DNA of 50,385 nucleotides. Origin: a virus. Its lineage: Duplodnaviria; Caudoviricetes. Position 1 is the first letter of the stretch, and every line of letters begins with the position of its first letter. The position numbers and the translations under genes are program-made. Location of the stretch: positions 1-50,385 of the IMG/VR virus record IMGVR_UViG_3300005253_000363. One strand, given 5' to 3'. The notes beneath the pieces are model-generated. The model saw only the letters and a list, made by a program, of their open reading frames with translations. It did no database searches and was not told where the DNA came from. Shown here in pieces: positions 1 to 8,502 of this stretch.

Positions 1-2
1 CA

Positions 3-149
3 CCTGAACCATGGTACTGGGAGCAGGATTACAAGCCCTTGGATATCGAGCTGGAATGCCTGGCTCCGGAAGTAGCCGAGGAGAGGTTCCTGGCAATGTA
101 CAAGCTCCTGACAGGTGACGGTGACTCACAAAGGGTGCTGCTCAAATGA
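3..149 (+). CDS. Partial hypothetical protein (5' end outside window)
   Basis: Open frame PEPWYWEQDYKPLDIE...RVLLK*; its stop overlaps the next ATG (ATGA). Confidence 0.5.
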   Translation, partial: PEPWYWEQDYKPLDIELECLAPEVAEERFLAMYKLLTGDGDSQRVLLK

Positions 150-286
150 AAGCCCGGGACATCAAATACAAGCCTGGCAGATTCGAGTGGACGTGTGACT
201 GTGGCAGGAAACTCTGCTGGGTAGGTGGCCCTCCCGGTATGGAGCTCGTATGTGAGTGTGGTCGGGAATTCAGGTTGGTGCCATGA
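146..286 (+). CDS. 46-aa Cys-rich (CxC...CxC) zinc-ribbon-like protein
   Basis: MKARDIKYKPGRFEWTCDCGRKLC...VCECGREFRLVP*; ATGA overlaps at both ends. Confidence 0.55.
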   Translation: MKARDIKYKPGRFEWTCDCGRKLCWVGGPPGMELVCECGREFRLVP

Positions 287-834
287 TGAAAGTCTTAATC
301 GCATGTGAATTTAGCGGAGTTGTCCGGGATTCTTTCAGGGCGCGGGGGCATGATGCCTGGAGTTGTGATCTGCTTGAATGTGAAGGCGCCCCGAAATATC
401 ACATCCAGGGTGACGTGCTGGAAATCCTCGATGATGGATGGGATTTGATGATTGCTTTTCCTCCCTGTACTCACTTGTCGGTATCTGGCGCAAGGTGGTT
501 TAAGGGCAAGGAAAAAGAACAGAAGCAAGCCTTAACCTTTGTGCGTGATTTAATGGAAGCATGCAGCCCTAGAATTGCCATTGAAAATCCCATTGGCGTT
601 ATTAGCACGAAAATCAGAAAGCCGGATCAGATTATTCAGCCTTGGCAGTTCGGACACGGAGAGACTAAAGCAACATGCCTGTGGCTGAAGGGCTTGCCTG
701 AACTCGTGCCGACAAATATTGTTGAGGGCAGAGAAGCGAGGATACACAAAATGGCACCGTCGAAAGACAGGGGAAAGCTCAGATCAATAACCTACCAAGG
801 CATTGCCAACGCAATGGCAGAACAGTGGGGCTGA
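283..834 (+). CDS. Phage DNA cytosine methyltransferase (short C5-MTase-like family)
   Basis: KVLIACEFSG SAM-binding start, catalytic FPPC, IENP and QPWQFGH motifs. Confidence 0.85.
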   Translation: MMKVLIACEFSGVVRDSFRARGHDAWSCDLLECEGAPKYHIQGDVLEILDDGWDLMIAFPPCTHLSVSGARWFKGKEKEQKQALTFVRDLMEACSPRIAIENPIGVISTKIRKPDQIIQPWQFGHGETKATCLWLKGLPELVPTNIVEGREARIHKMAPSKDRGKLRSITYQGIANAMAEQWG

Positions 835-1068
835 ATGGAGATTAAATTCATCATAGATCAAACCGGACACAAGCTCCATACTTTCCTCAACGGTAAGCGT
901 ATCCATATGATACTTTCCAAGTCACATCTGAAGGAAATCAAAAACGTGTCCGGTATGGCACACCTTGAGGACTTGACCGAGTATGCTAACTACTTGAAAC
1001 AAATGGGTTTCTGGGATATTGAGCTGATTGGGAAAGAATATGAGGTTTTTTACAGGGAAATAACTTGA
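835..1068 (+). CDS. Hypothetical protein
   Basis: ORF abutting the MTase stop. Confidence 0.6.
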   Translation: MEIKFIIDQTGHKLHTFLNGKRIHMILSKSHLKEIKNVSGMAHLEDLTEYANYLKQMGFWDIELIGKEYEVFYREIT

Positions 1069-1092
1069 CAGTGGGTGACAAATGACTATACT
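1065..1092 (+). promoter_or_regulatory. sigma70-type promoter
   Basis: TTGACA (1065-1070), 16 nt spacer, TATACT (1087-1092); GAGGAG RBS downstream before ATG 1122. Confidence 0.6.
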
Positions 1093-1121
1093 TTCTAACA
1101 TGCTGAATGAGGAGTTGAGAG

Positions 1122-1451
1122 ATGATTAAGACGAATAAAAGAAGGCGTGATTTGTATACGAAGCACTTGAACAAGCTCTATGATTATGCTGATAGGACTT
1201 TTAATGATTGGACTTGTTACCTATGTGATGCCTCTTCTTCTCAAGCTAGTTATAGAAACTGTGATAATTGTCCATTGCCTGGAGATATTAACTCCTGCGA
1301 TACAAGTATGAGGAAAAAGAATCTCAGGACGGTAGATGGGAGCCAGACAAGAAGCTACAATCACGCAACTTCTATCTCTATCCGTAAACATGCTCGGTGG
1401 ATTGAAAAGCAGATCGTCAAAAATACTGATTGTGAGTTCTACTGGAAATGA
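1122..1451 (+). CDS. Cys-rich hypothetical protein
   Basis: CYLC and CDNCPL motifs; good RBS. Confidence 0.65.
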   Translation: MIKTNKRRRDLYTKHLNKLYDYADRTFNDWTCYLCDASSSQASYRNCDNCPLPGDINSCDTSMRKKNLRTVDGSQTRSYNHATSISIRKHARWIEKQIVKNTDCEFYWK

Positions 1452-1684
1452 CAACCCTCATCAACATACCCATCAACGGAGAACGCTACCGAGCTACGAC
1501 TATCAGGAAGTTCCCGGATTCGCTTAAAGAGCGGCTTTGGAAGATCAAAGAGGAGACTTTGAAGCAGGTTTCTCTGGAAGCTATTATTGTGGAGGCCCTG
1601 ATACTTGGACTGCCGAAGATCGAGCGCAGGGTGTTCTTTAAGATACCTGATGTGGTGTTTGATCCGGTGGAGGGGATTGAGTGA
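1448..1684 (+). CDS. Putative ribbon-helix-helix DNA-binding protein
   Basis: TTIRKFPDSLKERL...VSLEAIIVEAL fits an Arc/CopG-like pattern. Confidence 0.5.
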   Translation: MTTLINIPINGERYRATTIRKFPDSLKERLWKIKEETLKQVSLEAIIVEALILGLPKIERRVFFKIPDVVFDPVEGIE

Positions 1685-1866
1685 TGCGGAAACTTCATAA
1701 ATTATATCGAGCGGTTTCAGAATCCATAGACGACACAAAATGGAGTTTTTATGGTGAGGTTAAATGCGACAGCCCTAACTTTAATACAATGGAGATCACA
1801 GAAAAGGATAATGAGGTTACTTGTAAAAGGTGCCTCAAAATAATGAAAGAGTTAAGAGTTACTTGA
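1684..1866 (+). CDS. Small Zn-binding protein (paralog of 10026-10169)
   Basis: MRKLHK...C...VTCKRCLKIM. Confidence 0.6.
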   Translation: MRKLHKLYRAVSESIDDTKWSFYGEVKCDSPNFNTMEITEKDNEVTCKRCLKIMKELRVT

Positions 1867-2165
1867 ATAACGGGTTGAATGGAGGTGGAAGGATAGAAGC
1901 TCTTAAAAATAAAGAACTGATGGATATCCCTAAATTGTATGTCGGAGCAATGAACGACGCTCTTTTTATCATTGACGAACAACCGGGGCCGTGTCCATTG
2001 GACTATGTAAATCCGAGGGCGCACAAGGACTGTAATACGATCGCCAGAGTTGAGTATAACCCTGAGTTGGCTAATGAGCTTGTTGACGCGTGGAATGCCG
2101 TCCTTAAAAAATATGACATTAGCTATGGAATAACCCCAACCCCCCGCAACCCAATAACGAGGTGA
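1830..2165 (+). CDS. Hypothetical protein (true start probably downstream)
   Basis: ORF track; ANELVDAWN ending typical of small phage proteins. Confidence 0.5.
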   Translation: MPQNNERVKSYLNNGLNGGGRIEALKNKELMDIPKLYVGAMNDALFIIDEQPGPCPLDYVNPRAHKDCNTIARVEYNPELANELVDAWNAVLKKYDISYGITPTPRNPITR

Positions 2166-2322
2166 AGTGAATGAAGAACTTTATTATCCAATCCAAATGG
2201 TGTGATGAGAATCCTCTCCCACCGGATATGGTTACGATACAGAAGGCTGCTTATGAAGAAGCTCTGAGGCGATTGAAGCCTAAGAAATCTTGTAAAGCTC
2301 TTGTCAAATATGGGGGAAAAAG

Positions 2323-2367
2323 ATGCCAGTCCTAATCGACAATTCCACTATGCAACACAAATGTTAA
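2323..2367 (+). pseudogene. Orphan N-terminal stub of the 2548 nuclease gene
   Basis: MPVLIDNSTMQHKC* versus MPILIDNSTMEKT at 2548; has its own G-rich RBS. Confidence 0.8.
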
Positions 2368-2567
2368 ATCAAACCTACGAACTTAGGATGATAGAACATA
2401 CGAATTATGTTAGGGGGGAGGTCGTACGCAACAAGCCTCAAGTGCGTGAACACGAATACAGGAAGTTTCTTGCCAAATGTGCTGACCACGCTTTTGTGGT
2501 TGGTGATTATGAGATTCAACACAAACTAATAAAGGAGCTTGAGTTAATTGCCAATTCTTATAGATAA
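2361..2567 (+). CDS. Inserted hypothetical protein
   Basis: MLNQTYELRM...; overlaps the stub stop and the nuclease start. Confidence 0.6.
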   Translation: MLNQTYELRMIEHTNYVRGEVVRNKPQVREHEYRKFLAKCADHAFVVGDYEIQHKLIKELELIANSYR

Positions 2568-3549
2568 TTCCACAATGGAAAAAACCGCTTCCTGCCACAC
2601 AGCAGTTGCAATGGAGCGTGTCCTCCATCTCAAACCCAAAGCTGGCTCCCCCCAACTCGAAGCCGGAACCGCCATGCACAAAGCATGGGAGAAATTCTTT
2701 AATGGAGAGGATGTGGAAGTCTGTATCCTGGCCCTTCGTGAACACTACTCCTCTAAGCTCCCCTATTTTGAAGACATTAAGCCTACCTATGATCTAGCTA
2801 ATCTTGAAAACCTCTTCAGGATATGGGCTTCCAAACATCCCAACAGAGAATTTCCCTGGGTTTCTCAATATGTTGAAAAAGGATTCCAAGTCAGGTTGTT
2901 TCCTGATCTGGGAGTTGACCTGATTGGAAAGATGGACACTTTCGGGGCTGATGGAACCGGGTCTTACTGTGTGGTGGACTGGAAGACTACTGGATATAAT
3001 CTGGATACCAGATGGTTTCGTAAAATTCAGAATGGTTCGCAGGTAAGTGCATACCTCTACGCAACACAGAGACTCTTTGGATCAGCTGTATGGGTGTTAT
3101 ATATTATGGCCCTCAAGATGAAAGTGGTTCCGATGTCTAATCGGACCTGTAAGGAACATGGAATGAAATACTGGAATCCTGAGAAGAAAGAGGGATGCTA
3201 CCATGAGCATGCTGACTATAAGGTGGAATCTGCATATCGGAACAAAACGCAACTCTTGGGCTGGTATCAGGATGCCCGGTTGATTACTCAGGACTATCTT
3301 CACATCCTCGAAAATGTAAAGTCTATAGAGGACATTGGCAGGGTTCCCATGCAGGGAGTATTTAATAATTCCTGCCAGGATTGCAGCTACCGGGAATTCT
3401 GTCACTCATTCAATCGAAAGCCTGAATCAGCAGAGCAGTTATTTGATTACAAACCGTGGAGCCCATTGCTTGATATGGATAAAGAGGATATCTTTTATGA
3501 AAAAGAAATTGACTATGACGGAGCTGACGGTTCTTTGCTGGTTGTATAA
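2548..3549 (+). CDS. PD-(D/E)XK exonuclease, Cas4/AddB-like with Fe-S Cys staple
   Basis: GTAMH, GKMD, VVDWKT and QVSAY motifs; N-terminal Cys plus C-terminal CxxCx5C. Confidence 0.85.
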   Translation: MPILIDNSTMEKTASCHTAVAMERVLHLKPKAGSPQLEAGTAMHKAWEKFFNGEDVEVCILALREHYSSKLPYFEDIKPTYDLANLENLFRIWASKHPNREFPWVSQYVEKGFQVRLFPDLGVDLIGKMDTFGADGTGSYCVVDWKTTGYNLDTRWFRKIQNGSQVSAYLYATQRLFGSAVWVLYIMALKMKVVPMSNRTCKEHGMKYWNPEKKEGCYHEHADYKVESAYRNKTQLLGWYQDARLITQDYLHILENVKSIEDIGRVPMQGVFNNSCQDCSYREFCHSFNRKPESAEQLFDYKPWSPLLDMDKEDIFYEKEIDYDGADGSLLVV

Positions 3550-3796
3550 GAAACCAAGAAGGCCAGATAAGATAAAACTTCCTATGATGATAACCTTGGT
3601 TTCTGTAGCCTCTCTGATTCAACGGCTGCGAAGAAAAGATTTTGTTGCTGGCAGGGTAATGGAAAAGCGCGAGATTTTCTCTTTACGGAGACCGGGAAAG
3701 ATATACAAGATTACTGCCGCTGGTAGAACGGCTGTTGAAAGCCAGATGAAATTAATGGGCCAACAATTAAGTTATTTGAGGAGTTTGGTGAGATGA
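3497..3796 (+). CDS. PadR-like winged-helix regulator
   Basis: SLIQRLRRKDFV...KIYKITAAGR; RBS GAGGA before ATG 3497. Confidence 0.65.
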   Translation: MKKKLTMTELTVLCWLYKKPRRPDKIKLPMMITLVSVASLIQRLRRKDFVAGRVMEKREIFSLRRPGKIYKITAAGRTAVESQMKLMGQQLSYLRSLVR

Positions 3797-4170
3797 ATAA
3801 AGAATCGAAAGAATCCATTGATAAGGTTGTAGAACTGGTTGATAAAAATATTGACAGGTTGGTTGAAAAGATTGCAGAGCTAGGACCGGAAGCTGCGTAT
3901 GGTTTTAATGAGATAATAGCAAAAATCTCTGTTGAGGCTTGGACAATTGTTTTTATGGTTCCTTTAGTTTGTTTTGCGTCTTGGACAGCATTTTACAAAG
4001 CAGTAAAATACGGAATAAAAAAGGACTGGGATGGAGCAAGTTTTGCTTTTGGGGTGTCTTCTGGAATTCTTTGTTTATTTTCTACAGTAGGTCTGGTTGT
4101 TGATGTTCCAAGATTTTTGGCACAAGCATTGCATCCTGTAGGCTATTTCCTGTTGGAGGTTCTTAAATGA
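3793..4170 (+). CDS. Membrane protein (2 TM)
   Basis: Two hydrophobic segments. Confidence 0.65.
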   Translation: MNKESKESIDKVVELVDKNIDRLVEKIAELGPEAAYGFNEIIAKISVEAWTIVFMVPLVCFASWTAFYKAVKYGIKKDWDGASFAFGVSSGILCLFSTVGLVVDVPRFLAQALHPVGYFLLEVLK

Positions 4171-4211
4171 AAATCCCCCTACTTCACATCCTTATAGTAG
4201 GAGCTCAGTAG
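4167..4211 (+). pseudogene. Orphan N-terminal stub of the 4377 ATPase gene
   Basis: MKIPLLHILIVGAQ* versus MKIPPLHILIVGEP at 4377; RBS GGAGG. Confidence 0.85.
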
Positions 4212-4212
4212 A

Positions 4213-4380
4213 ATGAATGACCATGATTGGTTTGGTATTATTTGTGCCTTGCTAACGTTATTTGTTGGATTTCATTTAACAGTTAACACAAATGATATCC
4301 TTTGTAATTATCTAATTGGTCCGGTCTTTTTAGGGCTGGGGTCAACTGGACTTTATATTGAATGGGAGCAAATTAGATGA
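4213..4380 (+). CDS. Inserted 55-aa membrane protein
   Basis: MNDHDWFGIICALLTLFVG...; ATGA overlap with 4377. Confidence 0.6.
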   Translation: MNDHDWFGIICALLTLFVGFHLTVNTNDILCNYLIGPVFLGLGSTGLYIEWEQIR

Positions 4381-5177
4381 AGATACCACCTTTACATATT
4401 CTTATTGTTGGAGAACCCTTCGCCGGAAAAAGTACCTTCTGCCGTACCATGCCCACCCCGAATCTTGTATTCTTCTTTGATCCTGTTGGTAAAGATGAAG
4501 CCTATCTCGAATGCGGGGATGTACAGGATTTAGACAACGGCCAACCATTAAAGACCCTTCAAGGGGCTCCAATGAAAAGAGTCTGGAGCCGTGAGAAGGA
4601 GCCTAAACTGCTCTTTCAGGTGGAATACTATCATGATGGGGAATGGGTTGAAGATCCAATAAAGGGAGGGTTCAAGCCTACTCCCGTAGCCTACGAGCAA
4701 TTTTGCAAGAGACTTATCAACATAGACCAAGAGTTTGATTACTGGAATACAATCAGTCTTGACTCTTACTCCGGAGCTGAACTTTCTGCCATGCTCCGTG
4801 AAAAATTTAAGCTTAATCCAGGAACAAAATTCGATCTCCGGCATTGGGGTGGCGGGGCTAGATCGGAACTTGAGATGGCGATATTCGCAAGGTTCGGGAT
4901 GTTTCCAATGAATGTTGTAGTGATCTGCCACGAGAAAGTATACCAGAACGATAAGACCGGAGAAATTATCCGGCAGGCAGATACCTACGGAAATCTTGGT
5001 AACACATTTGGCAGAGGCTTCTCCGAAATGTATCGTATGGTTAATATCCCGAATGTAGGTCGCCAGTTACAAACCCAGAAAGACGCAATGTGGAACGCAA
5101 ATTCCAAATATGCTCCAAATCCCTGTGAGCCTAGTTATCAAGCGGTAATCGCTTCAATCACCAATCAAGGAGAATAA
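4377..5177 (+). CDS. P-loop ATPase, Sak4/AAA_24-like recombinase
   Basis: Walker A GEPFAGKS, ISLDS Walker B, NVVVICHE; lies between exonuclease and SSB. Confidence 0.8.
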   Translation: MKIPPLHILIVGEPFAGKSTFCRTMPTPNLVFFFDPVGKDEAYLECGDVQDLDNGQPLKTLQGAPMKRVWSREKEPKLLFQVEYYHDGEWVEDPIKGGFKPTPVAYEQFCKRLINIDQEFDYWNTISLDSYSGAELSAMLREKFKLNPGTKFDLRHWGGGARSELEMAIFARFGMFPMNVVVICHEKVYQNDKTGEIIRQADTYGNLGNTFGRGFSEMYRMVNIPNVGRQLQTQKDAMWNANSKYAPNPCEPSYQAVIASITNQGE

Positions 5178-5178
5178 A

Positions 5179-5787
5179 ATGGCAAAGATAGGTACTGTAC
5201 CAAATGTAGTAAATGATCCATCAACACAGATTGATCCGGGGGCTTATGTTTTTAATTGTGAGTCCGTAAAAGAGGGAGACTACGAAGGACAGTTGATCTA
5301 TGACGCAGTATTCCGAGCCCAGCAACCGGTCACTCATCTAGGGCAGACTCATTACGAGCGTTGGTTTATCGGGAATGAGGAAGACCCTGAAGCTCTTCTA
5401 CCGGATACTTGGACAAAGAGAGCCGGACACATGAAAAAATGCTGCGAAGCTATGGGCGTTCCTTTTCTTGGGCAGAATCCTGATATGATCGTTCAGCAGA
5501 TGGTCGGTAAGCAGGTCTGTGCAAAGGTTGTTCATAAAGCAAGCAAAGACGGGAAGTATACCAATGCCCGTGTCTCTCAGTGGGGCCAACCTGGAACCAT
5601 GACCCCGGAAGTCATTGGATCGGATAATGGGCAGCCTCCTGTCCAAGCTCCGGCAGTAGCGGCTCCAATGCCTGCTGGAACACCGGGAGTAGGGACTCCA
5701 GTAGCTCCTCAGACTGGAATGCCTGCAAGCCCAGCTGGAGGTCAATCGGCACCTGCGGGCCCTCCTCTGCCTCCTCAGTACCAGTAA
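5179..5787 (+). CDS. Single-stranded DNA-binding protein (DUF669-like) with Pro/Ala-rich tail
   Basis: IDPGAY start, beta-rich core, MVGKQVCAKV...YTNARV; position after Sak4-like gene. Confidence 0.65.
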   Translation: MAKIGTVPNVVNDPSTQIDPGAYVFNCESVKEGDYEGQLIYDAVFRAQQPVTHLGQTHYERWFIGNEEDPEALLPDTWTKRAGHMKKCCEAMGVPFLGQNPDMIVQQMVGKQVCAKVVHKASKDGKYTNARVSQWGQPGTMTPEVIGSDNGQPPVQAPAVAAPMPAGTPGVGTPVAPQTGMPASPAGGQSAPAGPPLPPQYQ

Positions 5788-5816
5788 CGGGGAGGCCACA
5801 AGCAGGAGTTGTCTGG

Positions 5817-5924
5817 TTGACTTGTGATGTATGTAATCAGAAGGTGGATTCAATGGATTTTGATGGACATACGACCAAGCATTTGACTGATCCAAAAGAT
5901 CCTTATTTTGTGCAGTTACGATAA
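5817..5924 (+). CDS. 35-aa C2H2 zinc-finger-like micro-protein
   Basis: TTG start after AGGAG; MTCDVCNQKVDSMDFDGHTTKHL (CxxC-x11-HxxxH). Confidence 0.45.
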   Translation: MTCDVCNQKVDSMDFDGHTTKHLTDPKDPYFVQLR

Positions 5925-5925
5925 A

Positions 5926-6097
5926 GCTGGGCCTAAGTGCATAAGCGTAGGTGCGTCCTAAGAGACCTTGTAAAGGGCAGACAATGACCCTACCGCCCAG
6001 TGATTAATCTAGCGGGGGAAGATTCTCGGCTGGCCCAGTCGTTAGGGATACTCAGGCCCCGCTCACCTGCTTCTGGTGTTAATTACCTGGGTATCTC
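5926..6097 (+). ncRNA. Two closed-stem structured RNA candidates (5926-6039, 6045-6097)
   Basis: gctgggcc/ggcccagt and gggatactcagg/cctgggtatctc terminal pairings. Confidence 0.45.
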
Positions 6098-6132
6098 TGG
6101 GCAGGAATTTTAGACTTGGAGGTAGATCAATA

Positions 6133-6282
6133 ATGCTCAATCCTCAACGCCAGAAGTTTTTGGAGAAGAAACTGGAGATTGCCAGGGCGCGTGATCCGAT
6201 AATCAAATCGGAGATTGAATTAATCGAAATTGCCGAAGAGTTATCAGCGGCGTTGTGGAAGTTGCGGGAGAAGAAGAAATAG
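6133..6282 (+). CDS. Small hypothetical protein
   Basis: GGAGG RBS; MLNPQRQKFL... Confidence 0.6.
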   Translation: MLNPQRQKFLEKKLEIARARDPIIKSEIELIEIAEELSAALWKLREKKK

Positions 6283-6736
6283 GACTGTGAGCGGCGTGGA
6301 AGGACACGCGGAAAGGACACATCATTGGATAACTCACTGGCTAGAGTTTGCAGGTTAGTACGCTTGGATCGATACCATAGCTGGGTGTGTCTGGAAACCT
6401 GAAGCAGACATCAATCTCTGCCTCACAGTCTGATTTAAATTTGAGTTGTGAGGGGCCTTTCTCAGGGTGCCGCTGGGGAAATCCCAACCGTACGGGCCAG
6501 CGAGAGCGAAAGCAAATCGGGAAGCCTAGGTTGACTGACGAACTGGTCACATCAGGTCGTGAGTACACAGGAGGGAAAGGATAAAACGTAGGCGTCGGAC
6601 CACGCCAACCCTCACAACTCATTCAAATATATTGCCGGGTAAAGCATCTGTTCAAGGCCGCGCAACATCCTAGGGTGCGGTTGCAGATGGGCGGTCCACT
6701 CTCATGGAGAAGGGAAGTTGCAACCCGCCACCCGGT
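6282..6736 (+). ncRNA. Three tandem structured RNA candidates (6282-6431, 6442-6621, 6634-6736), partly tRNA-like
   Basis: gactgtgag/ctcacagtc, gagttgtgaggg/ccctcacaactc and gccgggt/acccggt closing stems with internal hairpins and GAAA loops. Confidence 0.6.
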
Positions 6737-6755
6737 TCGATTTTGGAGGAAGAAA

Positions 6756-6941
6756 ATGAAGCCGAAGCATGTATGGATTATTGAGTATGGGACTGGCAGT
6801 GAGTGGAATCCTGATAGTGACCACGACGGAGATTTTACTATTTTCTTTGTCAAGAGGGATGCCGTTGAACACATGAAAAAGAACCATACAGGACACCCAA
6901 CCAATCTCCGGGTCCGCAAATATATGAGGGAAGAAAAATGA
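6756..6941 (+). CDS. Hypothetical protein
   Basis: GGAGG RBS; MKPKHVWIIEY...LRVRKY. Confidence 0.65.
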   Translation: MKPKHVWIIEYGTGSEWNPDSDHDGDFTIFFVKRDAVEHMKKNHTGHPTNLRVRKYMREEK

Positions 6942-7267
6942 CCCCCACCGATGAAGTCCTAGCAGAGTTTGTCTTTAAGTTACTGAAAGCCGAAAAAGCT
7001 GATGAAGCTTATTGGGTATCCTATTATTCAAGACAATTTCTGGAAACCAGCAAAGCAATGTTTGAAGGCTATAATGCCCCCTTTATCCGCCACCTGATTG
7101 AGGAGGCGATGGTTGAGCGGAGGTTCAACTGTTTTAGTGAATTTCGAGATAATCAATGGAGTTATACTTTTGCTTTTGCTCTTGGGGATGAGAACAGAGA
7201 ACCAGAAATGAACGAAAACAAAACCCGCGCCGTAGCACTGGCCGCATTTAGAACGGGGGAAAGATGA
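6938..7267 (+). CDS. Phage ABA-sandwich-like protein (paralog 1)
   Basis: N-terminal LAE helix; C-terminal RAVALAA. Confidence 0.5.
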   Translation: MTPTDEVLAEFVFKLLKAEKADEAYWVSYYSRQFLETSKAMFEGYNAPFIRHLIEEAMVERRFNCFSEFRDNQWSYTFAFALGDENREPEMNENKTRAVALAAFRTGER

Positions 7268-7479
7268 ACACTTGTAAGGATTGTAAGTGGTGGGATGCCT
7301 ACCACAAAGATGACCCGGCTAATTCGTTTGGGATGTGTAGGGCCGAGAGGTTCGCTGAAGATGTCCAGGCTGTTGTTAAAAGTCCAATTGAAGGTGAGTG
7401 GCCTGCTGATGGGAAATATGACGGATTCGACACAGCCCCTGACTTCGGCTGTATCCACTGGGAGAAGAAAAATGAGTGA
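7264..7479 (+). CDS. Small Cys-rich protein
   Basis: CKDCKWW...GMC...FGCIHWE. Confidence 0.65.
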   Translation: MNTCKDCKWWDAYHKDDPANSFGMCRAERFAEDVQAVVKSPIEGEWPADGKYDGFDTAPDFGCIHWEKKNE

Positions 7480-8134
7480 CATTCTTGAGGAAGCAAAGAA
7501 AGAGGTTGATAGGTGGTATGGTCCAGGAAATTACGAGACGCCGAGGAATATAGTACAAAGGCTCATCGCAGAAGTGGAGCGGTTGCGTCACGAAGCGTTG
7601 CCTCATCCAAAGATATTAGCCGACAGATATCAGTTTTTAAAAGAGGCCGTGAATAGCCAGTATTGCAAAAGTGGTAAGCAAATTGATTGGAGTAATGATG
7701 ATGTTGTCTGGGCTGTCCAGAAAATCGACTCCCTCACTAAGGAGCGGGATGAGTACCGCAAAACAATAGAGCTTGCTGAAGAGGGGCTACTAGGGACAGA
7801 TGTTCAGTTGGCCGCAAAAATCAAAGACCTCACCGTCAAGCTGGCCTCTGCTAAAGCTGATAATGAGCAACTGGAAAAGGACTGGGCGCGTTGCTCGGAA
7901 GGTTGGTCGAAGAGTCAGTTAGATTTGAAGTGTCTTGAAGAGTCCACTGTTGACAAGAAAGCGTGGGATCAGTTGAAAGCCGAAAAAGCCAGGCTCAAGG
8001 AGCGGGTGGGGAAGCCAACTCTGGATGTGAAATCAATTCAGTGTGATAGATGCGGAGAAACGCTTGTAAATATTCCAAAACTCCGGATGTATCACACCTG
8101 CAACGATCCAGCGCAAGGGAGTGAAAAGATATGA
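7472..8134 (+). CDS. Coiled-coil protein with Ead/Ea22-like N-terminus and C-terminal Zn motif
   Basis: IVQRLIAEVERLR, heptad repeats, CDRC...HTC. Confidence 0.6.
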   Translation: MSDILEEAKKEVDRWYGPGNYETPRNIVQRLIAEVERLRHEALPHPKILADRYQFLKEAVNSQYCKSGKQIDWSNDDVVWAVQKIDSLTKERDEYRKTIELAEEGLLGTDVQLAAKIKDLTVKLASAKADNEQLEKDWARCSEGWSKSQLDLKCLEESTVDKKAWDQLKAEKARLKERVGKPTLDVKSIQCDRCGETLVNIPKLRMYHTCNDPAQGSEKI

Positions 8135-8502
8135 CCCCCTCCAATCAGAAGCAACTAGCAGAGAAGGCGGCGGAGTTTTTGGGGTTGGAAAAAGCAAATA
8201 ATCCCATTAATGGCAACTACTATGTAATGCCCTTACATATGCTTCAAGCAGGACGCCTAGAAGACTTAGCGGACCATTTCTTCGAGGAAACTACCTCTGC
8301 CCCCATCCTCATGCACCTTGCGTTAAAGGAGATGGAGAAGAGGGGAATACGGCTTTGTATGATGCAAGGATTCAAAGATAATAGATGGCATTGTCAATAT
8401 ACGGATACTCCTGAAGGCGTAGCAAACACGCACGATGAAATGTCTATTCATGAAAACTATTTCATAGCATTCTGGACGGCGTTACTGGAGGCGACAAGGT
8501 GA
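8131..8502 (+). CDS. Phage ABA-sandwich-like protein (paralog 2)
   Basis: LAEKAAEFLG...IAFWTALLEA. Confidence 0.5.
   Translation: MTPSNQKQLAEKAAEFLGLEKANNPINGNYYVMPLHMLQAGRLEDLADHFFEETTSAPILMHLALKEMEKRGIRLCMMQGFKDNRWHCQYTDTPEGVANTHDEMSIHENYFIAFWTALLEATR

Noticed and set aside
1082-1129. Third N-terminal stub (MTILSNM versus MTTLINI at 1448)
   Set aside because: Similarity is too weak and the sequence overlaps the promoter -10 element
6282-6736. Canonical tRNA genes
   Set aside because: No TTCRA T-loop in the correct position, no 7-nt anticodon arm and no CCA; kept only as ncRNA candidates
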